A stretch of 63,662 nucleotides of DNA, filler included, from 4 parts of 4 records of this genome joined end to end with filler, not necessarily neighbours in it, one strand, 5' to 3'. Positions 38,092 to 47,964 are shown, counted from the whole stretch's first letter. A program made the numbers and translations. Notes: generated from the letters alone by a model not told the origin.

Positions 38092-38826
38092 CTATTCTGT
38101 GATTTCTTCTTCTGAAACTTGCTTGTGTCTCATGGTGATAGATTGTTCTATTTTTCGGATGCTTTCGTTAATTAGCATGAGCATATTAGTGAACTCTCCT
38201 GTACCATTTAGTTCCGACATCAGCTCCAAATATTGATAAAGATGGTTTAAATCGTTGGTCAGCTTCACACGAAACTCTTTGGTATCGATTTCGCGATGCT
38301 CGCTACTGGCTTTTTCATCTCTAGCCACTATTCCTGCCTCTAAATTATCAAGGTTTAATTTGATACGATCTACAAATGGCTGGAATGCAATTACTGCAAT
38401 GGCATCCTTCACTACTTGATTTGTTTCGCAATCGTTCAAATACAAACGAGCATTGGCATTTTGCACTGCTAAACTTTCGTTGTGCAGGTTAATACCATTT
38501 GTTTTTGCCAAATCGTACAATACTGTCGCCGCCTCACGTTCAGCTGTAATCGGACTTAGCAGATAAGCCTGGCAATACAATTTACCCGCTCGCCACGAAT
38601 TGTTAAAAAGAGCATCAAGATCACGGACCTCTGCAGTTTCGCTTACCGTTGAAGCCTTGTTAATCTGATGCTTTAATGCTTCCAGAGAGCTTTCGGTATT
38701 TGTGTAAAGAGCCTGTACTGGAGATGTGCTCCAATCGTGAACTTTACAAATCCGAAGGGTGTCATCACCCAATGATACCAATTCTGCATTTCTAAATCGT
38801 GCAGCACTAAATTTTTCTACTTTCAT
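38092..38826 (-). CDS. DUF6261-like helical protein
   Basis: RFRNAE, T.EVRDLD, EREAA..L and INESI pattern typical of the Bacteroidota DUF6261 family. Start placed at MKVEK. Confidence 0.75.
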   Translation of the reverse strand: MKVEKFSAARFRNAELVSLGDDTLRICKVHDWSTSPVQALYTNTESSLEALKHQINKASTVSETAEVRDLDALFNNSWRAGKLYCQAYLLSPITAEREAATVLYDLAKTNGINLHNESLAVQNANARLYLNDCETNQVVKDAIAVIAFQPFVDRIKLNLDNLEAGIVARDEKASSEHREIDTKEFRVKLTNDLNHLYQYLELMSELNGTGEFTNMLMLINESIRKIEQSITMRHKQVSEEEITE

Positions 38827-39265
38827 TTCTTCCCATTTTGAGGTTAAAAAATAGATAATCCCTTCTCTGTTCGAGATTACCAATAGTTATAAAATTGTGC
38901 TCCGAGTACTAGTATAATTTCATGGTTTTATTATGTATGTGATTCATACGCCTAATAAAATTAAGCAGACATTCTAAATTTTTCAAGGCAATAAAATAGA
39001 TTTCAAATCGTTACATGATGTCGAATTGATGAAAAATGGCAAAACACACTGTCCTTTTTCAAAAACATTATGCTGCAAAACATATTTTCAACTGCTATTT
39101 TTTTGAGAAAACACTCCCATAATATGTTCATTCATCAATTTTTTAATAAAAATCGACAAAATTAATTGTTTACCTCCTCTTTAATTTTGAAGGAGACACA
39201 CAAATTCACCTCTACACCTCCATCATTTTATATTGGCACATCTGCCAGGTAGATTTTACTACTCT

Positions 39266-39545
39266 CAAGAAAAACAGATGGATATAAAATCATCTCTACA
39301 AATCCATCGTAAAAAAATAATGGATCTATGGGCATGATTTTAATCCCTTCTACAAAATGATATTGGGATAACATGATGATGGCAGGTCAATCCTGAAAAA
39401 TCAATTGACGTATCAGCACCATTTTACATGCTTCTACAAAAATAAATTGAGGTATGATGATAATGGAGAAGCGATTCTCAAAAAACAATTGAGGTATCAG
39501 CACCATTTTGTATGCTTCCACAAAAGTAGATTGATATAGATTCTA
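39266..39545. repeat. Degenerate 42-bp tandem array (about 6.7 units, 84-bp super-period)
   Basis: A-tract + AT(T/G)G recurs exactly at 39278, 39320, 39362, 39404, 39446, 39488 and 39530. Units at 39392 and 39476 are 36/42 identical. Confidence 0.85.
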
Positions 39546-39616
39546 TATAGCATAACAATCTTTCAAACACCTTCTGCCTGTCGGAATCTATTTAAAGGCA
39601 AAAATTTCATAAACTA

Positions 39617-40669
39617 CTATTTGATAAGGGTGGTCTGACAACTTATTTCTCTTTGTTCTTCCAGTAATTCCTTCATATTCAAAACCTGTTTCACAAACGC
39701 TTCTATCGAATTTTCTGAACATATCAATTCATTGTCCAGAAAAATTGAGAATGGTGTTGCAATGTCGTTCACCACTTCAATGCGATTGCCATCTTGGGCA
39801 TCCGCCTTTACAATACTAATGCCTTTTCGAGCCAGAGCTCTTCTTAATAGGACATATTCAAAGCCATGACCTTTTACTGCCACCTGGGTATTTTGTTTGT
39901 GTTTTACCTTAAACAACCCGGTTTTGTTATCGAATACAATTCCTTTGTGCTGAAACATCGTTTGGAAAGCATTGCCAAGCAGTAAATCTTCGGGGCTACC
40001 GGTTAGTAAAGATCCACCATTTTGCAGTAACCACAACCTATCGGAGAGTTGCAAAGCCAAATCCAAATCGTGTGTAGACATTAGAATGGATTTGCCAGAA
40101 GTATTGGCAATATTTCGCAACAACTGCATGATTTCCACTCTAGCTGGAAGATCGAGAAAGGCAGTAGGTTCGTCCAAAATGATTAAAGGTGTATCCTGAG
40201 CCAAAGCTTTGGCGATAAAGGCTTTTTGTCGTTCTCCATCGCTTAATGAGGATAGCAAGCTGTCCTTTTTATGCGCAATACCACATTCTTTTATGGCATT
40301 GGCAACAATAGCCTTATCCTCGGTGTTCATTCTGCCCAACATGCCAGTATATGGACTTCGACCATAGCCTACCAACTCAGCAACACTGGCATTGGGCACT
40401 ACGACTCTATCGGTAAGGACAACTGATATCTGCTTCGACAATTCTCTTTCGCTAAGGCTATGAACATTAAAATGATCGACCAAAACATCTCCACCTAAAA
40501 TGGGCTGAAAGGCACAAACGGAACGAATCAGAGTACTCTTACCCGTTCCGTTTGATCCCAACAAACAAATCAATTCGCCCGATGGAATAACCGCCGAGAG
40601 TTGATTGGCTATCACCTTAGTTCCATAACCAATGCTTAGATCCTTAATCTGTAATAAATTGCTACTCAT
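39617..40669 (-). CDS. Iron-chelate/cobalamin ABC transporter ATP-binding protein
   Basis: GSNGTGKST, LSDGERQK, LDEPTAFLD and STHDLDLA; C-terminal extension. Confidence 0.93.
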   Translation of the reverse strand: MSSNLLQIKDLSIGYGTKVIANQLSAVIPSGELICLLGSNGTGKSTLIRSVCAFQPILGGDVLVDHFNVHSLSERELSKQISVVLTDRVVVPNASVAELVGYGRSPYTGMLGRMNTEDKAIVANAIKECGIAHKKDSLLSSLSDGERQKAFIAKALAQDTPLIILDEPTAFLDLPARVEIMQLLRNIANTSGKSILMSTHDLDLALQLSDRLWLLQNGGSLLTGSPEDLLLGNAFQTMFQHKGIVFDNKTGLFKVKHKQNTQVAVKGHGFEYVLLRRALARKGISIVKADAQDGNRIEVVNDIATPFSIFLDNELICSENSIEAFVKQVLNMKELLEEQREISCQTTLIK

Positions 40670-40678
40670 GCTATGCGA

Positions 40679-41161
40679 TTAAAAATTTTCTTTACGTTTT
40701 TTCCAGATCACTGAAATCACCACGGGTGCACCAATAAAAGCTGTAACCGAATTGATTGGCAATTCACTTTCCATTCCCGGCAATCGTGCCAATAGATTAC
40801 AGAGTAAGGCTGTTGCTGCACCCAAGATACAGGCATTACAGATTAGATAAAAGTGATTGCTGGTACGCGACACCAATTTTGCCAAATGTGGAACTGCCAT
40901 TCCGATAAAAATGATGGGACCACAAAAAGCAGTAACAATAGCAGTCAATGTTCCGGCACACAGAATAATCAGCAAACGGGCTCGTTTTATTTTCAACCCC
41001 AGATTGGAAGCGTATCGATCGCCCAATGCCATTAAGTTTAGAGATTTACTCAGCAGCAAAGCCAATACGGAAGGAATAATGGTAATGGCTGCAAACAAAT
41101 AAGCCCGGTCAACCGACATGCGTGAGAAGCTGCCCAATCCCCAAATTACATAGTTGTGTAC
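40679..41161 (-). CDS. FecCD/BtuC-family ABC permease (5'-truncated by contig end)
   Basis: WGLGSF, LGDRYASNLG, TAFCGPIIFIGMAVPH and LPINSVTAFIGAP. Confidence 0.92.
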   Translation of the reverse strand, partial: VHNYVIWGLGSFSRMSVDRAYLFAAITIIPSVLALLLSKSLNLMALGDRYASNLGLKIKRARLLIILCAGTLTAIVTAFCGPIIFIGMAVPHLAKLVSRTSNHFYLICNACILGAATALLCNLLARLPGMESELPINSVTAFIGAPVVISVIWKKRKENF

Positions 41162-41162
41162 A

Positions 41163-41262
41163 NNNNNNNNNNNNNNNNNNNNNNNNNNNNNNNNNNNNNN
41201 NNNNNNTTAATTAATTAANNNNNNNNNNNNNNNNNNNNNNNNNNNNNNNNNNNNNNNNNNNN
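41163..41262. other. Artificial contig spacer
   Basis: 44 N + TTAATTAATTAA + 44 N. Confidence 0.99.
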
Positions 41263-41395
41263 GTTTTTCTATAGATTTTTTAAAGTTAAAAAAATACATA
41301 ATTTAACTTTAACCTAAAAAATCTTCTAAGTCAGAATGCTTTAATCTGACTTTGGAGCGAAGAATATTGTTTCAAAAAATCTCGCACCAAAAGTT

Positions 41396-41424
41396 ATTCT
41401 AACAAAATCTAAAAAAAAAATCAA
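41396..41424 (-). promoter_or_regulatory. Sigma70-type promoter firing toward the contig end
   Basis: Minus strand TTGATT-N17-TAGAAT with extended TG. Confidence 0.6.
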
Positions 41425-41474
41425 GAAAAATTTTTGCTGAAGTTTTTCGAAACCGTTTACATTGGTATAAAAGA

Positions 41475-41503
41475 TTGACAAATTGTGTATTTTTTTTTAA
41501 AAT
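41475..41503 (+). promoter_or_regulatory. Sigma70-type promoter for plsC-coaE
   Basis: TTGACA-N17-TAAAAT. Confidence 0.7.
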
Positions 41504-41610
41504 ACTTATGTTAAGTAAGGTTTAAATAACTTGCGTTTTATAAAAAAAATATGGTATGTTATATGGGGTAAGATGTTACTTTTTAACTATGGTAAAAGAG
41601 GTGTTAAGAT

Positions 41611-42396
41611 ATGAATAAATATTTTCCAGAAGATAGTTATCATACATCGGATGATACAAAGAGATTTATGATAGATAAACTATTTTTTAATGCAAGATGG
41701 GGATTTTTTCTAAAATATTTTGGAATAATACAAAAGTGTAGAAAATTAGCTCTTTCAAATAAGTATGACAGAGAAGAATGGGTAAAAAGTTCTATAGATG
41801 TCTTTCAATTAATTGAAGGATGTGGAGGTAAATTCCATATTACAGGATTGGAAAACATAAAGGACTTAGATGAGCCTGTAGTTTATATAAGTAATCACAT
41901 GAGTACTCTGGAAACAATGATTTTTCCAGGGTTAATTGCACCATTTCAAGAGTGTACTTTTGTAGTAAAGAAAAGTTTAACAACATATCCATTTTTTGGA
42001 CCGGTGATGAGAGCCAGAGATCCAATTGCTGTAACAAGAGAAAATCCTAGAGATGATTTCAAAGTTGTAATGCAAGAGGGGCAGAAAAAATTAAAAGAGG
42101 GAACATCAGTAATAATATTCCCACAATCAACTAGAACAGCAGATATTAACCCTAAAACATTTAACTCATTGGGAGTTAAATTAGCTATTAAAGCTGGAGT
42201 AAAAGTTGTACCGATAGCAATAAAAACAGATTTCTGGGGTAATGGAGCAGTTGTAAAAGATATAGGTAAAATTGATAGAACTAAACCAATTCATATAAAA
42301 TTTGGTAAACCTATGGAAGTAAAAGCTCCTGGTAAAAACGAGAATGCTGAAATTATTGATTATATCGTATCTAATCTGAAAGAGTGGGGAATATAG
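41611..42396 (+). CDS. plsC: 1-acyl-sn-glycerol-3-phosphate acyltransferase
   Basis: SNHMSTLE (NHxxxxD/E), FVVKKSL, IIFPQSTR and VVPIAI. Confidence 0.88.
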   Translation: MNKYFPEDSYHTSDDTKRFMIDKLFFNARWGFFLKYFGIIQKCRKLALSNKYDREEWVKSSIDVFQLIEGCGGKFHITGLENIKDLDEPVVYISNHMSTLETMIFPGLIAPFQECTFVVKKSLTTYPFFGPVMRARDPIAVTRENPRDDFKVVMQEGQKKLKEGTSVIIFPQSTRTADINPKTFNSLGVKLAIKAGVKVVPIAIKTDFWGNGAVVKDIGKIDRTKPIHIKFGKPMEVKAPGKNENAEIIDYIVSNLKEWGI

Positions 42397-42972
42397 TTGA
42401 TATTAGGCTTAACAGGAGGAATAGCTAGTGGAAAATCTACTGTAAGTAAGTTTTTTACTGAGCTTGGTGTTGAGGTAGTTGATGCAGATATAATAGCTCG
42501 AGAAATTGCGCAAGATGAAGAAGTTTTGAAGAAAATTTCTCTTGAGTTTGGTGAAGAAGCGGTTATAAATAATAGTTTAAACAGGAAATATATTTCTGGT
42601 ATAATTTTTTCTGATCCTCAGAAAAGAGAAAACTTAAATAAGATAATGCATCCTGCTATTATTTCTAAAATAAAATTTGAAATAAACAGTAAAAGAGATG
42701 AAAAACTTGTAATTGCAGATATTCCCTTATTATATGAAACAGGTCTTGAAACTGAAATGGATAAAGTAGCAGTTGTGTATATAGACAAAAATACACAAAT
42801 TAACAGACTTGTGAGTAGGGAAAAAACATCTGAAGAGGAAGCAGTCAAGAGAATTGATTCGCAAATGAAGCTTGAGGAAAAAGCTAAAAATGCAGATATT
42901 TTAATAGAGAACTTAGGAAGTCTTGAAGAACTGAAAGATAAAATAAAACGAATATATAATGAATTAATTTAA
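42397..42972 (+). CDS. coaE: Dephospho-CoA kinase
   Basis: GLTGGIASGKST, DAD.IAR and DIPLLYE; TTG start. Confidence 0.95.
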   Translation: MILGLTGGIASGKSTVSKFFTELGVEVVDADIIAREIAQDEEVLKKISLEFGEEAVINNSLNRKYISGIIFSDPQKRENLNKIMHPAIISKIKFEINSKRDEKLVIADIPLLYETGLETEMDKVAVVYIDKNTQINRLVSREKTSEEEAVKRIDSQMKLEEKAKNADILIENLGSLEELKDKIKRIYNELI

Positions 42973-43003
42973 GCAGGTTGTTTATGAAAACAACTTGCTT
43001 TTT
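42971..43003 (+). terminator. Rho-independent terminator
   Basis: AAGCAGGTTGTTT / AAACAACTTGCTT stem plus T-tract. Confidence 0.8.
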
Positions 43004-43014
43004 AATTTAAACTC

Positions 43015-43044
43015 TTGATTAAAATTAAATTTAGATGTTATAAT
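43015..43044 (+). promoter_or_regulatory. Sigma70-type promoter for treR
   Basis: TTGATT-N18-TATAAT with extended TG. Confidence 0.6.
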
Positions 43045-43084
43045 TTGAGCATAGAATATTTATGTAAATTAGAGAGGTAAGAAG

Positions 43085-44041
43085 ATGGTGAAAAAATATA
43101 CAATATTGGATGTAGCTAAGGAAGCTGGAGTAGGAAAATCAACAGTTTCAAGGGTTTTGAATAATGATCCACACGTTAGAGAAAAAACTAGAAAAGCTGT
43201 TCAGGAAGTAATAGACAGACTTAACTTTATTCCATCTAAAAGTGCTCAGGGAATGAGAGGAAAAAAAGACAAAGTCATAGGTGTGATAGTAACCAGACTA
43301 GATTCTTTTTCTGAAAGTACAGCAATTAGAGGAATAATGGAAAATTTAACAGATGATGATTTTGATTTGATTTTTTCGGAATCTCAATTTTCGTATGAAA
43401 AAATTCAAAAAGAAGTAGAAGTATTTATTAATAAACAGGTAGAAGCAATAGTAATATTTGCTTTAGGTGGTTATGAGTATGAGTTTTTGAAGGATATAAA
43501 AATACCGGTGCTGATGATTGGTCAGGAAATAAAAGGAATTCCATCAATTGTATATGATGATTATGGTTCTATTGAGAAGATACTAGATTACTTATCTAAT
43601 GAGAATAAAAAAAATATTGCATATATAGGAGTAGAATTAACCGATTTAACTACCGGATATCTTAGATATTCTGCTTATAAAGAGTTTTGTGAGAAATCAG
43701 GGATAAAAAAAATAGCTGTTTTTGGGGATTTTTCTTATATAGACGGTTATGAATTTGCCAAAAAAATCTTATCAAAGGAAAATAAGATTGATGCGATTAT
43801 TTGTGGTACCGATAGTATTTCACTTGGAGTAAAAAAATATGTAACTGAAAATAGTATAGATGATATTTTAGTCACGGGAGTTGGGCATAACAAATTAACG
43901 AAATTTTTATTCCCTCAACATGTGACAGTAGATTTAAAATATAAAGAATCAGGAAAAATGGCAGGGGAAATTATCAGAAAACTAATAAATAATGAAGCTG
44001 TAGACGAGAAAAGTGTAATGAATTCAGAAATTGTGTTTTAA
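43085..44041 (+). CDS. treR: LacI-family trehalose operon repressor
   Basis: TILDVAKEAGVGKSTVSRVLN HTH; PSKSA..MRG and IVTRLDS.SE are typical of TreR; lies upstream of the trehalose PTS. Confidence 0.9.
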   Translation: MVKKYTILDVAKEAGVGKSTVSRVLNNDPHVREKTRKAVQEVIDRLNFIPSKSAQGMRGKKDKVIGVIVTRLDSFSESTAIRGIMENLTDDDFDLIFSESQFSYEKIQKEVEVFINKQVEAIVIFALGGYEYEFLKDIKIPVLMIGQEIKGIPSIVYDDYGSIEKILDYLSNENKKNIAYIGVELTDLTTGYLRYSAYKEFCEKSGIKKIAVFGDFSYIDGYEFAKKILSKENKIDAIICGTDSISLGVKKYVTENSIDDILVTGVGHNKLTKFLFPQHVTVDLKYKESGKMAGEIIRKLINNEAVDEKSVMNSEIVF

Positions 44042-44055
44042 ATTTGAAAAAAATG

Positions 44056-44084
44056 TTGACAAAAGTATAATGCTATGGTAATAT
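44056..44084 (+). promoter_or_regulatory. Sigma70-type promoter of the tre operon
   Basis: TTGACA-N17-TAATAT with extended TG. Confidence 0.8.
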
Positions 44085-44100
44085 TCTATCAACAAGGGGA

Positions 44101-44143
44101 TGGGAACATTCCCATTAATTTAAACTAAATTGGGAACGTTCCC
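44101..44143. promoter_or_regulatory. Tandem TreR operators
   Basis: TGGGAACATTCCCA (44101-14) and GGGAACGTTCCC (44132-43) between promoter and RBS; match the enterobacterial TreR palindrome. Confidence 0.88.
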
Positions 44144-44167
44144 TGTTAGAAGAATTAAGGAGGAAAA

Positions 44168-45598
44168 ATGGCAAAATATTCAAAAGCAAATTGTCAGGAT
44201 TTATTGAAAAATATCGGTGGAAAAGAAAATGTTGTCGGAGTATCACATTGTTTAACAAGATTAAGATTCGTTTTAAAAGATGAATCAAAAGCAAATGTAG
44301 AAGGATTAGAGGCTTTAAAGTTTGTAAAAGGTGTGTTTAACAATGCAGGTCAGTTTCAGGTTATTATAGGAACAGACGTAGCTGACTTCTTTAAAATATT
44401 ACAAGAAATAGGTGCTATACAAGCTGAAAGTAAAGATGAACTTAAAAAAGTAGCAAGACAAAATATGAGTTTATTTGAAAGAGTTATTTCTCATTTAGCT
44501 GAAATATTTGTACCATTATTACCGGCAATTATTACAGGTGGATTAATCTTAGGATTTAGAAATATCATTGGAGATATTGCATTTATTAATGGACAAACAC
44601 TTGTTCAAACTTCAGAGTTTTGGGCAGAAGTTCATTCATTCCTGTGGTTAATTGGAGAAGCCGTATTCCATTTCCTACCTGTTGGAATTACATGGTCAGT
44701 TGTTAAGAAAATGGGTGGAAGTCCAATTCTGGGTATTGTCTTAGGGATTACACTAGTATCAGGTCAGTTAATGAATGCGTATAACATTGGTAAAGTTGCT
44801 CCTGAAGCATGGGATTTTGGATTATTCCAAATTCAAAAAGTTGGTTATCAGGCACAGGTTATACCATCTATTTTAGCAGGTATGGTATTAGCAATGCTTG
44901 AAACAAGATTAAAGAAAATGATACCTTCATACTTACATTTAGTATTAGTACCATTTTTATCATTATTAACAACTGTTATATTAGCACATGCGTTAATCGG
45001 ACCAGTTGGTAGAATTCTTGGTGATGGTGTTGGATATATAGCAAAATTAGCATTAACAGGACCATTAGCAGTATTTGGATCAGCAGTATTTGGTTTCCTA
45101 TACTCGCCATTAGTTGTTACCGGAGTTCATCATACATCAAATGCAGTTGATTTACAATTAGTTCAAGAGTTAGGTGGAACAATGTTATGGCCATTAATTG
45201 CTTTAAGTAATATTGCTCAAGGTTCAGCAGTAGTAGGAGTATTATTAGCAAGTAAAAAAACATTAGATAAAGAGATGGGAGTTCCTGCAGCAATTTCAGC
45301 TTATTTAGGAGTTACAGAGCCTGCAATGTATGGAATTAACTTAAAATATAAATTCCCAATGTTATGTGCAATGATCGGTTCTTGTTTAGCGGCTATTATT
45401 GCGGGAATATTCGGAATTATGTCAAATGGAATAGGTGTAGGAGGTTTACCGGCAATCTTATCAATTAAACCTCAATTCTGGACAATGTACTTAGTTGCAA
45501 TGCTTATAAGTATCTTATTCCCAATGATAACAACAATGATAATTTATAAGAAAAAATTTGGACAGGGAAAAGCAGAAGCTAATCCTGCAAAAGCATAA
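44168..45598 (+). CDS. treP: PTS trehalose-specific EIIBC
   Basis: EIIB HCLTRLRF; GQFQVIIG, VGYQAQVIP, TGVHH and GVTEPAMYG. Confidence 0.94.
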   Translation: MAKYSKANCQDLLKNIGGKENVVGVSHCLTRLRFVLKDESKANVEGLEALKFVKGVFNNAGQFQVIIGTDVADFFKILQEIGAIQAESKDELKKVARQNMSLFERVISHLAEIFVPLLPAIITGGLILGFRNIIGDIAFINGQTLVQTSEFWAEVHSFLWLIGEAVFHFLPVGITWSVVKKMGGSPILGIVLGITLVSGQLMNAYNIGKVAPEAWDFGLFQIQKVGYQAQVIPSILAGMVLAMLETRLKKMIPSYLHLVLVPFLSLLTTVILAHALIGPVGRILGDGVGYIAKLALTGPLAVFGSAVFGFLYSPLVVTGVHHTSNAVDLQLVQELGGTMLWPLIALSNIAQGSAVVGVLLASKKTLDKEMGVPAAISAYLGVTEPAMYGINLKYKFPMLCAMIGSCLAAIIAGIFGIMSNGIGVGGLPAILSIKPQFWTMYLVAMLISILFPMITTMIIYKKKFGQGKAEANPAKA

Positions 45599-45603
45599 AA
45601 TAG

Positions 45604-45650
45604 GAGCTTTGTATGATATCAAAATTGTTTAATTGAATCATACAAAGCTC
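45604..45650 (+). promoter_or_regulatory. Intercistronic hairpin between treP and treC
   Basis: GAGCTTTGTATGAT / ATCATACAAAGCTC 14-bp stem with no T-tract on the + strand. Confidence 0.6.
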
Positions 45651-45699
45651 AAATACATTATATATGTAAAAGGAAATTTAAATATTAAAGGAGTATAAA

Positions 45700-47346
45700 A
45701 TGGGAGAATTTAAAAGAGATGTAGTTTATCAAATTTACCCGAAAAGTTTTAATGATACTACAGGTAACGGTCAAGGTGATTTAAGAGGGATAATAGAGAA
45801 ATTAGATTATATCAAAGAGTTGGGAGTAAACTTCATCTGGATAACGCCGATATATGTGTCTCCTCAAAATGATAACGGATATGATGTTGCTGATTATTAT
45901 AATATCAATCCGGATTACGGGACAATGGAAGATTTTGAAGAGCTGGTGGCGGAAGCAGGAAAAAGAGGGCTAAAAATAATGCTTGATATGGTATTTAATC
46001 ATAGTTCATCTGAGCATGAGTGGTTCCAAAAAGCTTTAGCAGGAGATAAAAAATATATGGATTATTATATTTTTAAAGATCCTGTAAACGGGAAAGAACC
46101 GACAAACTGGGTGTCAAAATTTGGAGGAAACGTATGGGAATATGTTCCTCACTTAGAAAAATATTATCTACACCTTTTTGATGTAACTCAGCCTGATTTA
46201 AACTGGGAAAATCCGGAAGTTAGACAGGAAGTATATGAAATAATAAATTTCTGGATAGAAAAAGGCGTAAAAGGATTTAGATTTGACGTAATAAATTTAA
46301 TAAGTAAATGTGGAAAATATGAGAATGATCATATTGGTGATGGTAGAAGATTTTATACTGACGGGCCGAGAATTCACGAATTTTTAAAAGAGATGAATAG
46401 AGAAACTTTTGGTAAACATGAGGACATTGTAACAGTTGGAGAGATGAGTAGTACAACTATTGATAACTGTATCAAATATACTAATCCAAAGGAAAAAGAG
46501 CTTCATATGGCGTTTAACTTTCATCATCTGAAAGTAGATTATGCTGATGGAAATAAATGGTCAACTATGGCATTTGATTTTAAGATGCTAAAAGATCTGT
46601 TTTCAACTTGGCAATCAGAGATGTCAAAAGGTAACGGATGGAACACTCTGTTTTGGTGTAATCATGATCAACCCAGAGTTGTTAGTAGATTAGGCGATGA
46701 TTATAAATTCTACAAAGAGAGTGCAAAAATGCTTGCGACCTCTGTCCATATGATGAAGGGAACACCATATATTTATCAAGGTGAAGAGTTCGGAATGACA
46801 AATGCATATTTTGATAAAATTGAGCAGTATCAAGATGTTGAATCTAAAAATTATTATAAGATTTTAAAAGATCAAAATATCCCTGATAGTCAGATTATAG
46901 AGATTTTACAGGAGAAATCAAGAGATAATTCAAGAACACCAATGCAGTGGAATGACTCAAAAAATGCAGGTTTTTCAGAAGGAAAACCATGGTTAGATGT
47001 GATTTATAACTATGAGAATATTAATGCTGAAACTGCTCTTGAAGATACGGACTCTATTTTTTATCATTATCAGGATTTGATAAAAATAAGAAGAAAATAT
47101 GATGTAATTGCAGAGGGCGATTATCAAATATTGTCAGAAGATTCTGATAAATTATATGCTTTTAGGAGAAATTTAGAAGATGAAAAAGCAGTAGTTGTGT
47201 GTAATTTTTATGGTGAAACAGCTGTGTTTAATTATCCTGAAATTGAAGAGTTTAAAGTGCTAAATTCGAATTATGAAGATATAAAATTATCAAAAGATAA
47301 AGTTGAATTAAGACCATATGAAGCAGTAGTTTTTTATAAAAAATAG
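45700..47346 (+). CDS. treC: Trehalose-6-phosphate hydrolase (GH13)
   Basis: YQIYPKSF, DMVFNH, GFRFDVINLISK, VGEMSST, FWCNHDQPR and SRDNSRTPMQW. Confidence 0.95.
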   Translation: MGEFKRDVVYQIYPKSFNDTTGNGQGDLRGIIEKLDYIKELGVNFIWITPIYVSPQNDNGYDVADYYNINPDYGTMEDFEELVAEAGKRGLKIMLDMVFNHSSSEHEWFQKALAGDKKYMDYYIFKDPVNGKEPTNWVSKFGGNVWEYVPHLEKYYLHLFDVTQPDLNWENPEVRQEVYEIINFWIEKGVKGFRFDVINLISKCGKYENDHIGDGRRFYTDGPRIHEFLKEMNRETFGKHEDIVTVGEMSSTTIDNCIKYTNPKEKELHMAFNFHHLKVDYADGNKWSTMAFDFKMLKDLFSTWQSEMSKGNGWNTLFWCNHDQPRVVSRLGDDYKFYKESAKMLATSVHMMKGTPYIYQGEEFGMTNAYFDKIEQYQDVESKNYYKILKDQNIPDSQIIEILQEKSRDNSRTPMQWNDSKNAGFSEGKPWLDVIYNYENINAETALEDTDSIFYHYQDLIKIRRKYDVIAEGDYQILSEDSDKLYAFRRNLEDEKAVVVCNFYGETAVFNYPEIEEFKVLNSNYEDIKLSKDKVELRPYEAVVFYKK

Positions 47347-47409
47347 ATTTATAAGTACTTAGAGTTGTGTAATTAAGTATATTTTGAGAAACAATACAAG
47401 GAGAAAAAA

Positions 47410-47964
47410 ATGAAATTTTTAAAAAAGTTATTTTCAAAAGAAAAAAATATAGAAGAAATTAAAGAAGAAAAACAAGTTGAATCAGCAAGTGAAGTATCAG
47501 GAAAAATAGTCGAAATATATTCACCATTAGCAGGAACAATTATAAATTTATCAGAAATTCCTGATGATGCATTTGCAAGTGGAGTATTAGGAGATGGTGT
47601 AGGAATTGAGCCTAATTCAGCAGGAGATACAATCTGTTCTCCGTGTGATACTGATGAAGTAGGAATATTTGATACTAAACATGCAGTATCTATGGAAACA
47701 AAAGATGGCCTTGAGTTAATTGTTCACTTTGGTATTGATACAGTTCAATTAAATGGTAATGGATTTGAGCAATTAATAGAGGGAGAAACAGCTGCAAATA
47801 CAGGAGATGCTTTAGTTAAATTTGATCTAAATTACATAAAAGAGAATGCTAAATCAGTTAGAACACCAGTTTTAATTAACAATATGGATATGGTAGAGTC
47901 AATTGAAAAAATGAGTGGAGAAGTTAAGCCGGGAGATTTACTTATGAAAGTTACATTGAAGTAG
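47410..47964 (+). CDS. crr: PTS glucose-family EIIA
   Basis: IPDDAFA...LGDG, FDTKHA and phospho-His motif LIVHFGIDTVQLNG. Confidence 0.93.
   Translation: MKFLKKLFSKEKNIEEIKEEKQVESASEVSGKIVEIYSPLAGTIINLSEIPDDAFASGVLGDGVGIEPNSAGDTICSPCDTDEVGIFDTKHAVSMETKDGLELIVHFGIDTVQLNGNGFEQLIEGETAANTGDALVKFDLNYIKENAKSVRTPVLINNMDMVESIEKMSGEVKPGDLLMKVTLK

Noticed and set aside
39266-39545. Array considered as a CRISPR
   Set aside because: No invariant repeat alternating with unique spacers, units are degenerate throughout, and no cas genes are present.
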